A stretch of 61,073 nt of DNA, taken from positions 1 to 61,073 of the forward strand of contig PEAR01000001.1 of the NCBI GenBank assembly GCA_002753745.1, read 5' to 3'. The DNA comes from Candidatus Omnitrophota bacterium. Its GTDB lineage: Bacteria; Omnitrophota; Gorgyraeia; Zapsychrales; Fredricksoniimonadaceae. The translations under genes were made by a program, and so were the position numbers. The notes under the pieces were generated by a model that ran no database searches, was not told the origin of the DNA, and saw only the letters and a program-made list of their open reading frames with translations. This document shows positions 8,336 through 17,682 of the stretch, piece after piece (positions within the stretch are counted from its first letter, which is position 1; the number at the start of each line of letters is the position of its first letter).

Positions 8336-8494
8336 CATTGGCTTACGTGACCCCGTTCAGCTTGCAGGAACTGTAAGTTCCTGGCGTAGCCTCAGGGGTA
8401 TTTGCCAAGAATCCTTGGCAAATAAATAAGCCCAAAACATTCCGGGATTTCTTCCCGAACATTCTGGGCTTCCAGTTATCTGGTCAGACCTGTT
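8336..8494 (-). promoter_or_regulatory. conserved leader/attenuator RNA, copy 2 (between the CBS-type gene and the giant gene)
   Basis: Minus-strand RNA ACAGGUCUGACCAGAUAACUGGAAGCCCAGAAUGUUCGGGAAGAAAUCCCGGAAUGUUUUGGGCUUAUUUAUUU. This is a CCAG/CUGG hairpin followed by a terminator-like hairpin and a U-tract. It is followed by the palindromic hairpin UUUGCCAAGGAUUCUUGGCAAA and a further nested hairpin, the same order as in copy 1. Confidence 0.55.
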
Positions 8495-8510
8495 AGAAAG
8501 GCTCTATGTT

Positions 8511-9881
8511 CTACACATCTCTTTTCCTCTTCAGATAATTCAATAAATCAATTCTTGTGACAACACCGTAAAACTTGTCCTCATCCTGAATGATCGCTGT
8601 ATAACCTTTCTTCAAAACCGCAACAAGGCTCTTCAAATCTTCCCGCGGACTCAACACTTCCGGGTCGGTAGCCATGTAATGCGCGACTTTCTCTTCAAAC
8701 TTGTGTGTATCCAAATCTTCAAACGCCAAAAGAAGGTCGGATTCATCAATAATCCCAACAGCTTTTCCATGATCAATAACAGGAAGCTGCGAAATGTCAT
8801 ACAACTTCATTCGCGAATAAGCGGTTGCGACTGAATCTTCCGGGCGAACGGAGACAACGCTATTTGAACTGTACGTCCGGGTAATCAGATCCCTGAGATC
8901 CCCCTCTTCTTTCCGTTCCAAGAGCCCCTGATCCAGAAGCCAATGATCGTTGTAAACCTTGGACAAATATTTATTCCCACTGTCACAGACAAACGTCACA
9001 ATATTTTTGGGTGTCTTCTGTTCTTTAGCATAACGGATCGCAGCCCCGAGCAAAACGCCCGTCGATGAACCCGCCAGAATTCCTTCCTTGCGCAAGAGAT
9101 CACGCAAGATCAAAAAGGCCTCTTTATCAGAAATCGAATACGCCTTCTTTACCAAAGAAAAATCAGCCTGAGCCGGAATAAAATCTTCTCCTATGCCCTC
9201 GACCCGCCAGCTTCCGGCTGTGCCAAACTTTCCTGTCGTCACATGATCGACCAGCACGGAGCCTTCCGGGTCAGCCAAAACAAACTCGATCCCCGGATGC
9301 ACCTTCCTGAAATAATCCGTCAGCCCTCTGATCGTCCCGGCAGATCCAACACCGACAGAGATGGCATCCACCTTGTGATCCATCTGTTCCCAGATCTCAG
9401 GCCCTGTTGTCGTAACATGTGCCAGCGGATTAGCCGGGTTATTGAACTGATCTACAAAGAACGAATTCGGGATCTCCTTTGAGAGCCTGAGAGCATAGTC
9501 CTGATAATACTCCGGATGGCCCTTCTCGACGTCAGAACGCGTCATGACGATCTCGGCACCCATCGCCTTCAGGCAGGCTATTTTCTCCTGACTCATTTTG
9601 TCAGGGATGACTAGCAAAAGCCGGTAGCCTTTTCGTGCCGCGACCAGAGCCAGCCCAAGACCCGTATTCCCAGCCGTAGCTTCAATCAGCGTATAACCTT
9701 TCTTTATCTTACCCTCTCGCTCTGCCGCCTCGATCATGGACAAACCGATCCTGTCCTTGATGGCACCAGATGGGTTCAGGTTCTCAAGCTTGAGAAATAA
9801 CCGGCATACCCCGACGTCAAAACTTTTGACCTCAACAATAGGCGTGTGCCCGATCAGCTCAAGAATATCCTTGTAGATCAT
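8511..9881 (-). CDS. cystathionine beta-synthase / cysteine synthase family PLP enzyme with C-terminal CBS-domain pair
   Basis: PALP-fold motifs (NLNPSGAIKDR, EATAGNTG, GVGSAGT, SSTG). About 130 aa C-terminal tandem CBS region. Confidence 0.8.
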   Translation of the reverse strand: MIYKDILELIGHTPIVEVKSFDVGVCRLFLKLENLNPSGAIKDRIGLSMIEAAEREGKIKKGYTLIEATAGNTGLGLALVAARKGYRLLLVIPDKMSQEKIACLKAMGAEIVMTRSDVEKGHPEYYQDYALRLSKEIPNSFFVDQFNNPANPLAHVTTTGPEIWEQMDHKVDAISVGVGSAGTIRGLTDYFRKVHPGIEFVLADPEGSVLVDHVTTGKFGTAGSWRVEGIGEDFIPAQADFSLVKKAYSISDKEAFLILRDLLRKEGILAGSSTGVLLGAAIRYAKEQKTPKNIVTFVCDSGNKYLSKVYNDHWLLDQGLLERKEEGDLRDLITRTYSSNSVVSVRPEDSVATAYSRMKLYDISQLPVIDHGKAVGIIDESDLLLAFEDLDTHKFEEKVAHYMATDPEVLSPREDLKSLVAVLKKGYTAIIQDEDKFYGVVTRIDLLNYLKRKRDV

Positions 9882-11191
9882 GCAGCCTTTCCTACTGACT
9901 TCTCAAAAGCCTGTCCGAGGTCCCACAGAAGATCCTCAATATCTTCCGTTCCAACAGATAAGCGGATCTGTTCCGGCTTGACCCCTGCCAAACGCTGTTC
10001 TGCCTCCGTCAACTGTCCATGAGTCACGGTTGCCGGATGCACGATGAGCGATTTTGAATCTCCGACATTAGCAAGAAACGAGAATATCTTTACCGATTCA
10101 ATAAACTTCTTGGCTCGCTCCAGTCCACCCTTGACACCGAAGGTCAAGATAGATCCCGGCCCTTTAGGCAAATACTTCTTGGCCAAAACATAATGCGGAC
10201 TGCTCTTCAATCCCGGATAATTAACCCAGGCCACATCAGGATGACTCTCCAGAAACTCAGCGACACGCTGGGCATTGGCAACCGCTCTTTGCAGACGGAA
10301 AGAAAGCGTCTCCAAGCCCTGCAGGAACAAAAACGCATTAAACGGACTCATGCATGCGCCAAAATCACGAAGATAGTGCAAGCGAACTTTGATAATGTAG
10401 GCGATATTGCCAAGCCCCGGGTAATTGCCCCACTTATCCCAATGGACAAAACCGCTGTACGCTTGGTCCGGTGTCGTGAAATCCGGAAACTTGCCGCTCG
10501 CCCAGTTGAAATTCCCACCGTCGACAATCAATCCGCCGATACTGGTGCCATGCCCGCCGATATATTTGGTCGCCGAATGCACAACGATGTTGGCGCCATA
10601 ATCAAACGGACGAAAAAGAAACGGCGTCCCAAAAGTGTTATCAACAATAAGCGGAATGCCGTTCGCGGCCGCAATCCTGGCCACAGCCTCAAAATCGATC
10701 ACATTAATGTCAGGGTTGCCGATGGTCTCAACAAAAATAGCGCGTGTTCGCTGATTGATCGCCTTCCTGAAATTCTCCGGATCTGCCGGGTCAACCAAAA
10801 CAGTCTTCACGCCATGTTTGGGCAGCGTGTTGACAAAAAGATTGAACGAACCGCCATACAGCGTTTTGGCCGCGACGATCTCCTCCCCGGTATGTGTGAT
10901 GTTCAAGATCGAATACGCGGTCGCCGCCGAGCCTGACGCCACCGACAAGGCCCCGCTCCCGCCTTCCAGCGCGGCAATCCGGTTTTCCAGAACCTCGTTG
11001 GTCGGGTTCGTGATCCGGGAATAATCGAAACCGAATTCCTCAACGGAACTGATCGCCTTGGCCTGGGCAAAATTCTTGAATACAAATGATGTCGTCTGAT
11101 AAATAGGCACCGCCCGGGATCCTGTTGCCGGATCGGGCACCTGGCCCGCGTGGAGCTGTAATGTATCAAACCCTAATTTTCTTTCACTCAT
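9878..11191 (-). CDS. metY: O-acetylhomoserine/O-acetylserine sulfhydrylase (paralog 1)
   Basis: [40 protein letters not shown] (PLP lysine), [13 protein letters not shown]. Confidence 0.9.
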   Translation of the reverse strand: MSERKLGFDTLQLHAGQVPDPATGSRAVPIYQTTSFVFKNFAQAKAISSVEEFGFDYSRITNPTNEVLENRIAALEGGSGALSVASGSAATAYSILNITHTGEEIVAAKTLYGGSFNLFVNTLPKHGVKTVLVDPADPENFRKAINQRTRAIFVETIGNPDINVIDFEAVARIAAANGIPLIVDNTFGTPFLFRPFDYGANIVVHSATKYIGGHGTSIGGLIVDGGNFNWASGKFPDFTTPDQAYSGFVHWDKWGNYPGLGNIAYIIKVRLHYLRDFGACMSPFNAFLFLQGLETLSFRLQRAVANAQRVAEFLESHPDVAWVNYPGLKSSPHYVLAKKYLPKGPGSILTFGVKGGLERAKKFIESVKIFSFLANVGDSKSLIVHPATVTHGQLTEAEQRLAGVKPEQIRLSVGTEDIEDLLWDLGQAFEKSVGKAA

Positions 11192-11763
11192 ACTCTTTCT
11201 CCATAATGTGATGAGCCCGCAAAAGCGACCTCGGGTTGGATCTGATACGCATCCAACGATTCATCCAGATCGACCTGCAACGCACCATTAAACACATTGT
11301 TGACGATCATAAGCGCCCCGAAGACCGTCAGATCAACAATCTGCTCAGGACCTAAGAATTCCTCCAATTTCTTAAAAAGCGTATCGGTCACGCGATTCGG
11401 ATTGGCAGCCAATTGTTTTCCGTAAGCAATGATCGTCTGATCACGCTCATCCAGTTTTAAAGCCCTGGGATCCTCTCCGCCCTTGATGATGGCCCGATTC
11501 ATAAAAGTTGCGCAAAGCGTGCACGCATTTTCTCTCGAGATCGCATCACAAAAAAGGATAGTCCGGCGATCTCCCAAGACCGGCTTGACCTTGGCGTAAA
11601 GGGAATACCATTCAAGCACGGCACGCGACGCTATCGGTGAATGCAGCAGAGTGGCTTTCATATTCGTAACAACTCCGTGCTCTTTGACCACCTTGTCGTA
11701 CTCCGCCTTAATCTCCGGCGAAGCACCTTCATATCGAATCAGAGGAATCCGTCCCATTAACAT
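11188..11763 (-). CDS. carboxymuconolactone decarboxylase (AhpD-like) family protein
   Basis: 191 aa with a CTLC redox motif in the AhpD-like context (ENACTLCATFM). Confidence 0.6.
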   Translation of the reverse strand: MLMGRIPLIRYEGASPEIKAEYDKVVKEHGVVTNMKATLLHSPIASRAVLEWYSLYAKVKPVLGDRRTILFCDAISRENACTLCATFMNRAIIKGGEDPRALKLDERDQTIIAYGKQLAANPNRVTDTLFKKLEEFLGPEQIVDLTVFGALMIVNNVFNGALQVDLDESLDAYQIQPEVAFAGSSHYGERV

Positions 11764-11778
11764 CTCTCCTTGTTCTTG

Positions 11779-13143
11779 TTAATCAATTCTTATCGCTTCC
11801 GTAACAGCTTCCTTGACACTCCGGGCGATGTGATCAATATCCCGCTCGCTGATAACTAACGGAGGCGCAAGACAGATCACATCATCGAGAACGCGCGTCA
11901 AAACCCCTCGCGCCAAAAGCTCCTGACGCACGCGTTTGGCCACCCCCAAGTCCGATGAAAAGCGCTCCTTGGTCTTTTTATTAGCGACAAACTCGACCCC
12001 CACAAGAAGCCCCAGACCACGGACCTCCCCGATATGCGGATGCTTTTCAAGTGGCTTCAAGCCTCTAAGCAAACGACGCCCCAGTTTCTCTGACCTTTTT
12101 ACGAGACGCTCTTTCTCAAGGATACGCAAGTTAGTCAATGCCACCGCACAGCCTACCGGATGGGCTGACGCCGTATACCCATGCCACCAACGCTTCCCGG
12201 ACTCAACAGAATCCAATGTCTTTTTGATCTCTTTCGACACGCCGATTCCGCCGAGCGGAAAATAACCGCTCGTGATCCCCTTGGCAAACTGAACAATGTC
12301 CGGCTGAACACCCCAATGCTCGAGCGCAAACCAGCGGCCAGTCCGGCCAAACCCCGTGATCACTTCATCACTGATCAAAAGAACGTTGTACTTGTCGCAG
12401 ATCTTTCTGATACGCGGAAAATAATCGTCCTGGGGAACAAGAATGCCCCCGCCCCCGCCCTGAACCGGCTCCGCGATAAAGGCCGCAACCGTTTCTGGGC
12501 CTTCACGAAGGATCGCCTCCTCAAGCAAGTCGGCAGCTGCTACTCCCGGTGAAACATCTTTTCTTGTGGTCGTAAAACGATACGGATTCGGCGATTCAAT
12601 GTGCAAGAATCCCGGCAGCCTCGGCCCAAACCCTTGAGAAAACTCCTCAACGCCCGTTGCTGATGCCGCACCAACTGTTGAGCCGTGATAACTGAGCTTG
12701 CGCGCAATGATCTTCTGTTTCCCGGGCTTACCCCTAGCCTGCCAATAGAACCTCGCCGTCCTGATAGAGGTATCCGTGGCATCCGAACCACCGAGCGTGA
12801 AATAAAACGCCTCAATATTCGGATAGATCAGCCGCTTGAGTGTCTTCACCAACTCAACCGCCGGTTCATTGGTAGCGCCGGCATAAGCTGTCGCGAATGC
12901 CAGTTGTTTCAGCTGACGATGCGCAGCAGCGGCCAGCTCCTTGCGGCCGTGGCCAAGGTAAACGTTCCACATGCTGCTAAGTCCGTCGATAAATGTCTGG
13001 CCTTCGATATTCGTCAGCCTGACACCCTTTCCCGAGACCCAAACCTGCGGATCCTGATGCTCGCTCGGATGATGCTGCGGATGGATCAGATGACGAAGGT
13101 CGCTTTGAACCAATGCTTTCTTTAGGTTTTTCTTATGACTCAC
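11779..13143 (-). CDS. class-III (omega) aminotransferase
   Basis: LISDEVITGFGRTGRWFA, FAKGITSGYFPLGG (PLP lysine), SYHG, EPVQGGGG. Confidence 0.85.
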   Translation of the reverse strand: MSHKKNLKKALVQSDLRHLIHPQHHPSEHQDPQVWVSGKGVRLTNIEGQTFIDGLSSMWNVYLGHGRKELAAAAHRQLKQLAFATAYAGATNEPAVELVKTLKRLIYPNIEAFYFTLGGSDATDTSIRTARFYWQARGKPGKQKIIARKLSYHGSTVGAASATGVEEFSQGFGPRLPGFLHIESPNPYRFTTTRKDVSPGVAAADLLEEAILREGPETVAAFIAEPVQGGGGGILVPQDDYFPRIRKICDKYNVLLISDEVITGFGRTGRWFALEHWGVQPDIVQFAKGITSGYFPLGGIGVSKEIKKTLDSVESGKRWWHGYTASAHPVGCAVALTNLRILEKERLVKRSEKLGRRLLRGLKPLEKHPHIGEVRGLGLLVGVEFVANKKTKERFSSDLGVAKRVRQELLARGVLTRVLDDVICLAPPLVISERDIDHIARSVKEAVTEAIRID

Positions 13144-13161
13144 AACTGTGCCTTTTCTTTC

Positions 13162-14601
13162 TTATATTCCGTCACCAAAACGTGCGTTAATCGCTCGGGA
13201 ATCTTCACGGATATCCTCAACAACATTAGGCTGTGCTTTATGAATGAAGGCGATCCAAGCAACACCCGCGAGCCAGATCCCAAGGAAGATGTACGGCAAA
13301 ATGTTATACGGCGCCGGAGGAACAGGATAAAGATTCCCCAAAATAGCCAAGCCTAGTGTAAAAACAGCCAACCCCGATATAACCAGATGCTGAATCTTCA
13401 ATTCACCTCGACGTTTGAGATACACCGGTGCTGCAATGGAAATAATGATATACGTCACAATAAACCCAAGCGTCGCAATCGTCCCCACCCAGCCGTAAAT
13501 ATCAAAATCACCCGTACCATTGATCGAAAGGATCACCGCAGGAATCACTGCCAAAATTGAGGAAATTGTGACTGCGATATGCGGCGTTTCATTCTTATGG
13601 TGAGCATCACCGGCGGAAGAATGAAATAATCCATGACGGCTCATTAAAAACAAAACACGCGCACCGGCATTAATACTTGCCAAGACACAGGCAAAGAAAC
13701 TGATGATCGCGCCAATATCAATGAGCAGACCAAGAGATGAAAGACCGGCCTTGTCCGCCAGAACACTAAGAGGCGCGCTGCTTTTATCCAATGTTTCAGC
13801 GTTCCCATAAAACCCAATAACCTGAGCATAAGAAGAAACCACAAATAACGCACCAACGATCAAGGCGCTGCGAACAATAGCTCTCGGAATACTCTGCAAT
13901 GGATTCTTGGCCTCTGAACCAAGTGCGGCTGCACTTTCAAACCCGACGAAGCTGAAGATCGCAAGCACCAAACCGCCACGTAATCCATCCAGCCCGGCAC
14001 CTTTGAGCGTCAACTGAGCCCAATCCAATTTCCATCCATACCGATAGAGTGTCACGCCCACCAGAAGAACAATGAGAGAAACCGAAAAGAACTCCAAAGC
14101 CAGAGATACACGCGTCGAAAGCTTAATGTCCTTATACGCGATATACCACGCAATCAACACGCTGAGCGCGATCAAAATAGCTGCCGGGACTTTAAAATGA
14201 AACACGCTATCAAGGAAGACGTTGGTATAGTTAGAAACACCGGATGTCACCGCAGAGGCGCAACCGATATACGCAATAAGCAATGCCCAACCGGTCACAG
14301 AGCCCCAGAACGGCCCCAGACCCGTAATAGCATAAGAGTAGAACGAACCCGGAGATGCCGAACGTCGTGCAAACTGATTAATACTAGCCGCCACCAACAA
14401 GATGCTCACAGTGGCGAACAAATATGCCAGCCATGTTGCCCCACCGGATAACGCGAATACCAGCGGAATAACAATTGTAGGCGTTGCTGTTGGCGCGATA
14501 TTGGCGATCGATTGACCCAACGTTTCCAGTGGTGTCAATGTTTCGGACTTCAAGCCGTAGGAATGGCCCCCGCGATTTACTTCTTTTGATTTGGCGCTCA
14601 T
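13162..14601 (-). CDS. APC-family amino acid permease
   Basis: About 12 hydrophobic segments. Start set at ATG 14601 (SD AGGAAG). The ORF is open to 14640. Confidence 0.8.
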   Translation of the reverse strand: MSAKSKEVNRGGHSYGLKSETLTPLETLGQSIANIAPTATPTIVIPLVFALSGGATWLAYLFATVSILLVAASINQFARRSASPGSFYSYAITGLGPFWGSVTGWALLIAYIGCASAVTSGVSNYTNVFLDSVFHFKVPAAILIALSVLIAWYIAYKDIKLSTRVSLALEFFSVSLIVLLVGVTLYRYGWKLDWAQLTLKGAGLDGLRGGLVLAIFSFVGFESAAALGSEAKNPLQSIPRAIVRSALIVGALFVVSSYAQVIGFYGNAETLDKSSAPLSVLADKAGLSSLGLLIDIGAIISFFACVLASINAGARVLFLMSRHGLFHSSAGDAHHKNETPHIAVTISSILAVIPAVILSINGTGDFDIYGWVGTIATLGFIVTYIIISIAAPVYLKRRGELKIQHLVISGLAVFTLGLAILGNLYPVPPAPYNILPYIFLGIWLAGVAWIAFIHKAQPNVVEDIREDSRAINARFGDGI

Positions 14602-14644
14602 ACGCTTCTTCCTTTCATTGTTTTTTATATCGAAATCCACTTCG

Positions 14645-14790
14645 GCCCCGGAAGCCCTTTAGGCTTCCAGGAGGCCTTCGGGATGTTTTTGAAAGAATTC
14701 TTTCAAAAACAAAAAGGCCCAAAACAAGTCCGGGATTAACCGGAAATATTTTGGGCCTCCAGATGTCTGGTGAGCCTGTCTACTGATTGC
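14645..14790 (-). promoter_or_regulatory. conserved leader/attenuator RNA, copy 1 (5' UTR of the permease operon)
   Basis: GACAGGCUCACCAGACAUCUGGAGGCCCAAAAUAUUUCCGGUUAAUCCCGGACUUGUUUUGGGCCUUUUUGUUUUU, then the palindromic hairpin UUUGAAAGAAUUCUUUCAAA and the nested hairpin GGAAGCCUAAAGGGCUUCC. Lies between a consensus promoter and the CDS. Confidence 0.6.
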
Positions 14791-14830
14791 ACCCGGAGCG
14801 TAAAGAATACCGCCCCTTAATTCAGCAAAT

Positions 14831-14885
14831 CACTACTATCCCAGTGGGGATAGTGGAAATATAACACATCAATAACGTTTGTCAA
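14831..14885 (-). promoter_or_regulatory. sigma70-like promoter plus inverted-repeat operator
   Basis: Minus strand: TTGACA (14880-14885), 16 nt spacer, TATATT (14858-14863), then the inverted repeat CTATCCC-N4-GGGATAG (14836-14853) 4 nt downstream of the -10. Confidence 0.6.
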
Positions 14886-14957
14886 GTTTATTTTTCAATT
14901 ATCCCCGAGATAACGGAACATTCCGTCGGGAAGAATCCATGTATGCATCGCGCAATT

Positions 14958-15641
14958 TTATCCGATGAACAACCCTTCGATCCTTATCTGGGTGAAATCT
15001 TTCCTCTTGTTGATGAAATTGATCAACCCGCTATGGCGCCACTGAAGCATACACCGATGCGGCAAAAACCAATAGCGCATCCCGATCTTGAGCTCCTTAT
15101 TGGTAGCCCTCACCAACCCATCATAAGCTTCCGCGGAATAATAACCCACATCCTTATGTTCTTTCGAGCGCGGATTCAAAGGTCCAGTGACGCACCAGAC
15201 AATGACCCCGTTCACATAATCAGCGCTGACCACAACGCCGCAATGAGTAATGGGGCAGCCGCACGACATCCCCAAAGGCCTGCCGATAATAATATCCCCC
15301 GGCTTAAGCCCCAGCTCTTTGGTCCGGGCGGGATTATGCGGGATGATCGTCTCACGCGGACCCGCTTCATTCGGGAATGTATCCAGAATGAAATCAAATT
15401 CGCGGCCGAGAGAATCCTTCCAGTTTAATTTTGACTCAAGAGGCTTATCCGACGAACAACTGCCGCAGACAGCCTTGCAATCAACCTTTTCTACCGCGAT
15501 CGTTTCAGTATTATTCATGTGAACGCACTTGACGATCTCTTTAGGATTCTTTGCGATCACCTCCGCGAATTGTCGGCATGTCCTCTGCCCGCATGAACCA
15601 CAATCCAACCCTGGCAATTGAGTTAATAATTCTTCTGGCAT
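14958..15641 (-). CDS. Fe-S-binding protein (RnfB-type N-terminal Cys motif) with uncharacterised C-terminal domain
   Basis: LPGLDCGSCGQRTCRQFAE resembles the 4Fe-4S-binding N-terminus of RnfB and CODH/ACS subunits. Further Cys motifs: CGSCSS, CGCPITHC. Confidence 0.55.
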   Translation of the reverse strand: MPEELLTQLPGLDCGSCGQRTCRQFAEVIAKNPKEIVKCVHMNNTETIAVEKVDCKAVCGSCSSDKPLESKLNWKDSLGREFDFILDTFPNEAGPRETIIPHNPARTKELGLKPGDIIIGRPLGMSCGCPITHCGVVVSADYVNGVIVWCVTGPLNPRSKEHKDVGYYSAEAYDGLVRATNKELKIGMRYWFLPHRCMLQWRHSGLINFINKRKDFTQIRIEGLFIG

Positions 15642-15732
15642 ATGACCCCCTCTTAATAAATTTTTCTATTAAATTTTTTAACTCCTAGACACCTCGACAG
15701 CTATACAAGCTGACGGACGGATGGGAGCTTCC

Positions 15733-16899
15733 TCAATACACTGATGTTAGCGGTTTCAAGCATCCCAATACTTGCGAAAGTTTATAAAGAAAAACATTCA
15801 CTTCATCTTCCGTGTTAAAGCGTCCCAACGAAATTCGAAGCGCACCACGGGCCCTGACAGGATCCAGCCCTATGGCCGAAAGCACATGCGAGGTCTTATG
15901 CCCGCCGCCATTCGAAGAACAGGCCGAGCCACTGGACACCGCGATCCCCATTTCATCGAGCTCCAATAAAAGCCTGATCGCGTCTCCTTCCAGACCGGCA
16001 AACCCGAAACTGATATTGTTCGGCAAGCGGCGATCCCGATGGCCGTTCAAATAAGCAAATGAATAGTCGTTAAGAACGGCATCAATGATCTTTTCCCTCA
16101 ATCTTAACTCTCTCCTGGCCTCGACGACCATCTCCTGAACACACAATTCAGCAGCCTTGGCAAAGCCCACGATGGCCGGAATGTTCTCTGTTGCCGACCT
16201 CAGTCCCATTTCATGCCCGCCGCCCTGCTGCCAGGGCATGATCTTCGTCCCTTCCCTGATAAATAACGCGCCAATTCCTTTGGGGCCATAGATCTTATGC
16301 GCGTTGATGGTTAGCAAGTCTAAGCATTGCTCGTTGACGTCAATAGGTATCCGACCGAACGATTGACAGGCATCACTATGAAAATAGATCCCGCGTGCCC
16401 GGCAAATCTTGCCCACTTCGCTAATCGGCTCGATCGTGCCAATCTCGTTATTGGCATTCATCACCGAAACAATGATCGTTTCTTTCCTGATCACCTTTTT
16501 CAGATCGTTGATATCGATCAATCCGTCTTCATCAACGGGCAAATAGGTAACCGCAAATCCCTGCCCTCTGAGCCATTCGCAGGGTCCGATCACCGAGTCA
16601 TGCTCGATCGCCGAAACAATGATGTGATTCCCCTTTTCCCTATTGGCAAAAGCAATACCCTTTAGGGCGAAGTTGTTCGATTCCGTCCCGGAAGAAGTAA
16701 ATACAATTTCCTGAGGTTTAGCCCCGATCACCGAGGCGATCTTCGCGCGAGAACTTGCCATTACCTCTTTAACTTCCCGGCCAAAACCATGCAAGCTTGA
16801 AGCATTTCCGTAAAATTCCGAGAAATACGGTAGCATTGCCTCAACCACTCGGAGATCTGTCCTTGTACTTGCGCTATTGTCCAGATATATCCTTTTCAC
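15733..16899 (-). CDS. nifS: cysteine desulfurase (NifS/IscS class V aminotransferase)
   Basis: YLDNSASTR, TSSGTESNN, INAHKIYGPKG (PLP lysine), SSGSACSS active-site loop. Confidence 0.9.
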   Translation of the reverse strand: MKRIYLDNSASTRTDLRVVEAMLPYFSEFYGNASSLHGFGREVKEVMASSRAKIASVIGAKPQEIVFTSSGTESNNFALKGIAFANREKGNHIIVSAIEHDSVIGPCEWLRGQGFAVTYLPVDEDGLIDINDLKKVIRKETIIVSVMNANNEIGTIEPISEVGKICRARGIYFHSDACQSFGRIPIDVNEQCLDLLTINAHKIYGPKGIGALFIREGTKIMPWQQGGGHEMGLRSATENIPAIVGFAKAAELCVQEMVVEARRELRLREKIIDAVLNDYSFAYLNGHRDRRLPNNISFGFAGLEGDAIRLLLELDEMGIAVSSGSACSSNGGGHKTSHVLSAIGLDPVRARGALRISLGRFNTEDEVNVFLYKLSQVLGCLKPLTSVY

Positions 16900-17601
16900 T
16901 TATTCCCCCTGGTAAAAGATATCGCCTTCAAGCGGCCTGACCACGCCAAAATGCTGCTGCCAGCCGATCTCTTTCTTCCCGACGCACACCGTACAGGTTC
17001 CTACCGGCGGATTCCCTCGCAAAATCAAAGGATCAGCTATCTCGGATGAAGCCTGAATCTTCTTCACCACGGAATCAATACCGATACCATAGAGCGCGTT
17101 CGTCTCACAGATCGAAATATCACTCGCCGCGCTGATGACCCTCGCCCGGAAAACCTCGCGCTCCGCTTGCGAGATCAGATCGATCTTGGTGACGACCGCG
17201 ACATCGGCCAACGTGAGCATCGGACCTATCTTTCGCGGCAAATTCATACCGCTCGTGGCCTCCAGAACAACGATACCGAGCGACCCTTCAATATAAGGAG
17301 AACAACGCAAGCACAAGCCAGCCGTTTCAACCAGCAAATATTCCGCATTATTCTTCTGAGCCCAGGTAATGGCATCACCCAAAACCATCACATTACAATG
17401 ATCAGGGCATAATTCGCCTGAATAGACTTTTTTGACAGGAATGCCAAATTCTTTCTTGAACATCTCGTCTTCAACGGCATACTGAACATCGATCTTCAAA
17501 TAAGCGACCTGTGAGCCAGCGGCAATAAGCCGTTTCGTCACTTGTTTTAAAACTGTCGTTTTTCCTGTTGTCGGCGGTCCTGCGCAAATAACTACTTTCA
17601 T
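16900..17601 (-). CDS. G3E-family P-loop NTPase (HypB/UreG/CobW-like metallochaperone-type)
   Basis: GPPTTGKTT Walker A, ETAGLCLRC, VVTKIDL (NKxD-like), CPDHC motif. Confidence 0.6.
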   Translation of the reverse strand: MKVVICAGPPTTGKTTVLKQVTKRLIAAGSQVAYLKIDVQYAVEDEMFKKEFGIPVKKVYSGELCPDHCNVMVLGDAITWAQKNNAEYLLVETAGLCLRCSPYIEGSLGIVVLEATSGMNLPRKIGPMLTLADVAVVTKIDLISQAEREVFRARVISAASDISICETNALYGIGIDSVVKKIQASSEIADPLILRGNPPVGTCTVCVGKKEIGWQQHFGVVRPLEGDIFYQGE

Positions 17602-17682
17602 ATTCCAACCTCTTTCTTAAACGGTTTTATCCCGCACCCAGACTAAAGTCGGGCGGGATTCCGCTCCACTATTCGTGGAGCT

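Noticed and set aside
10193-10936. A 247 aa plus-strand ORF antisense to metY paralog 1, and similar antisense ORFs in metY paralog 2 (30793-31554), the aminotransferase (12685-13125) and metW (27799-28260).
   Set aside because: The opposite strand encodes clearly conserved enzymes. The antisense products are Arg-rich with no motifs.
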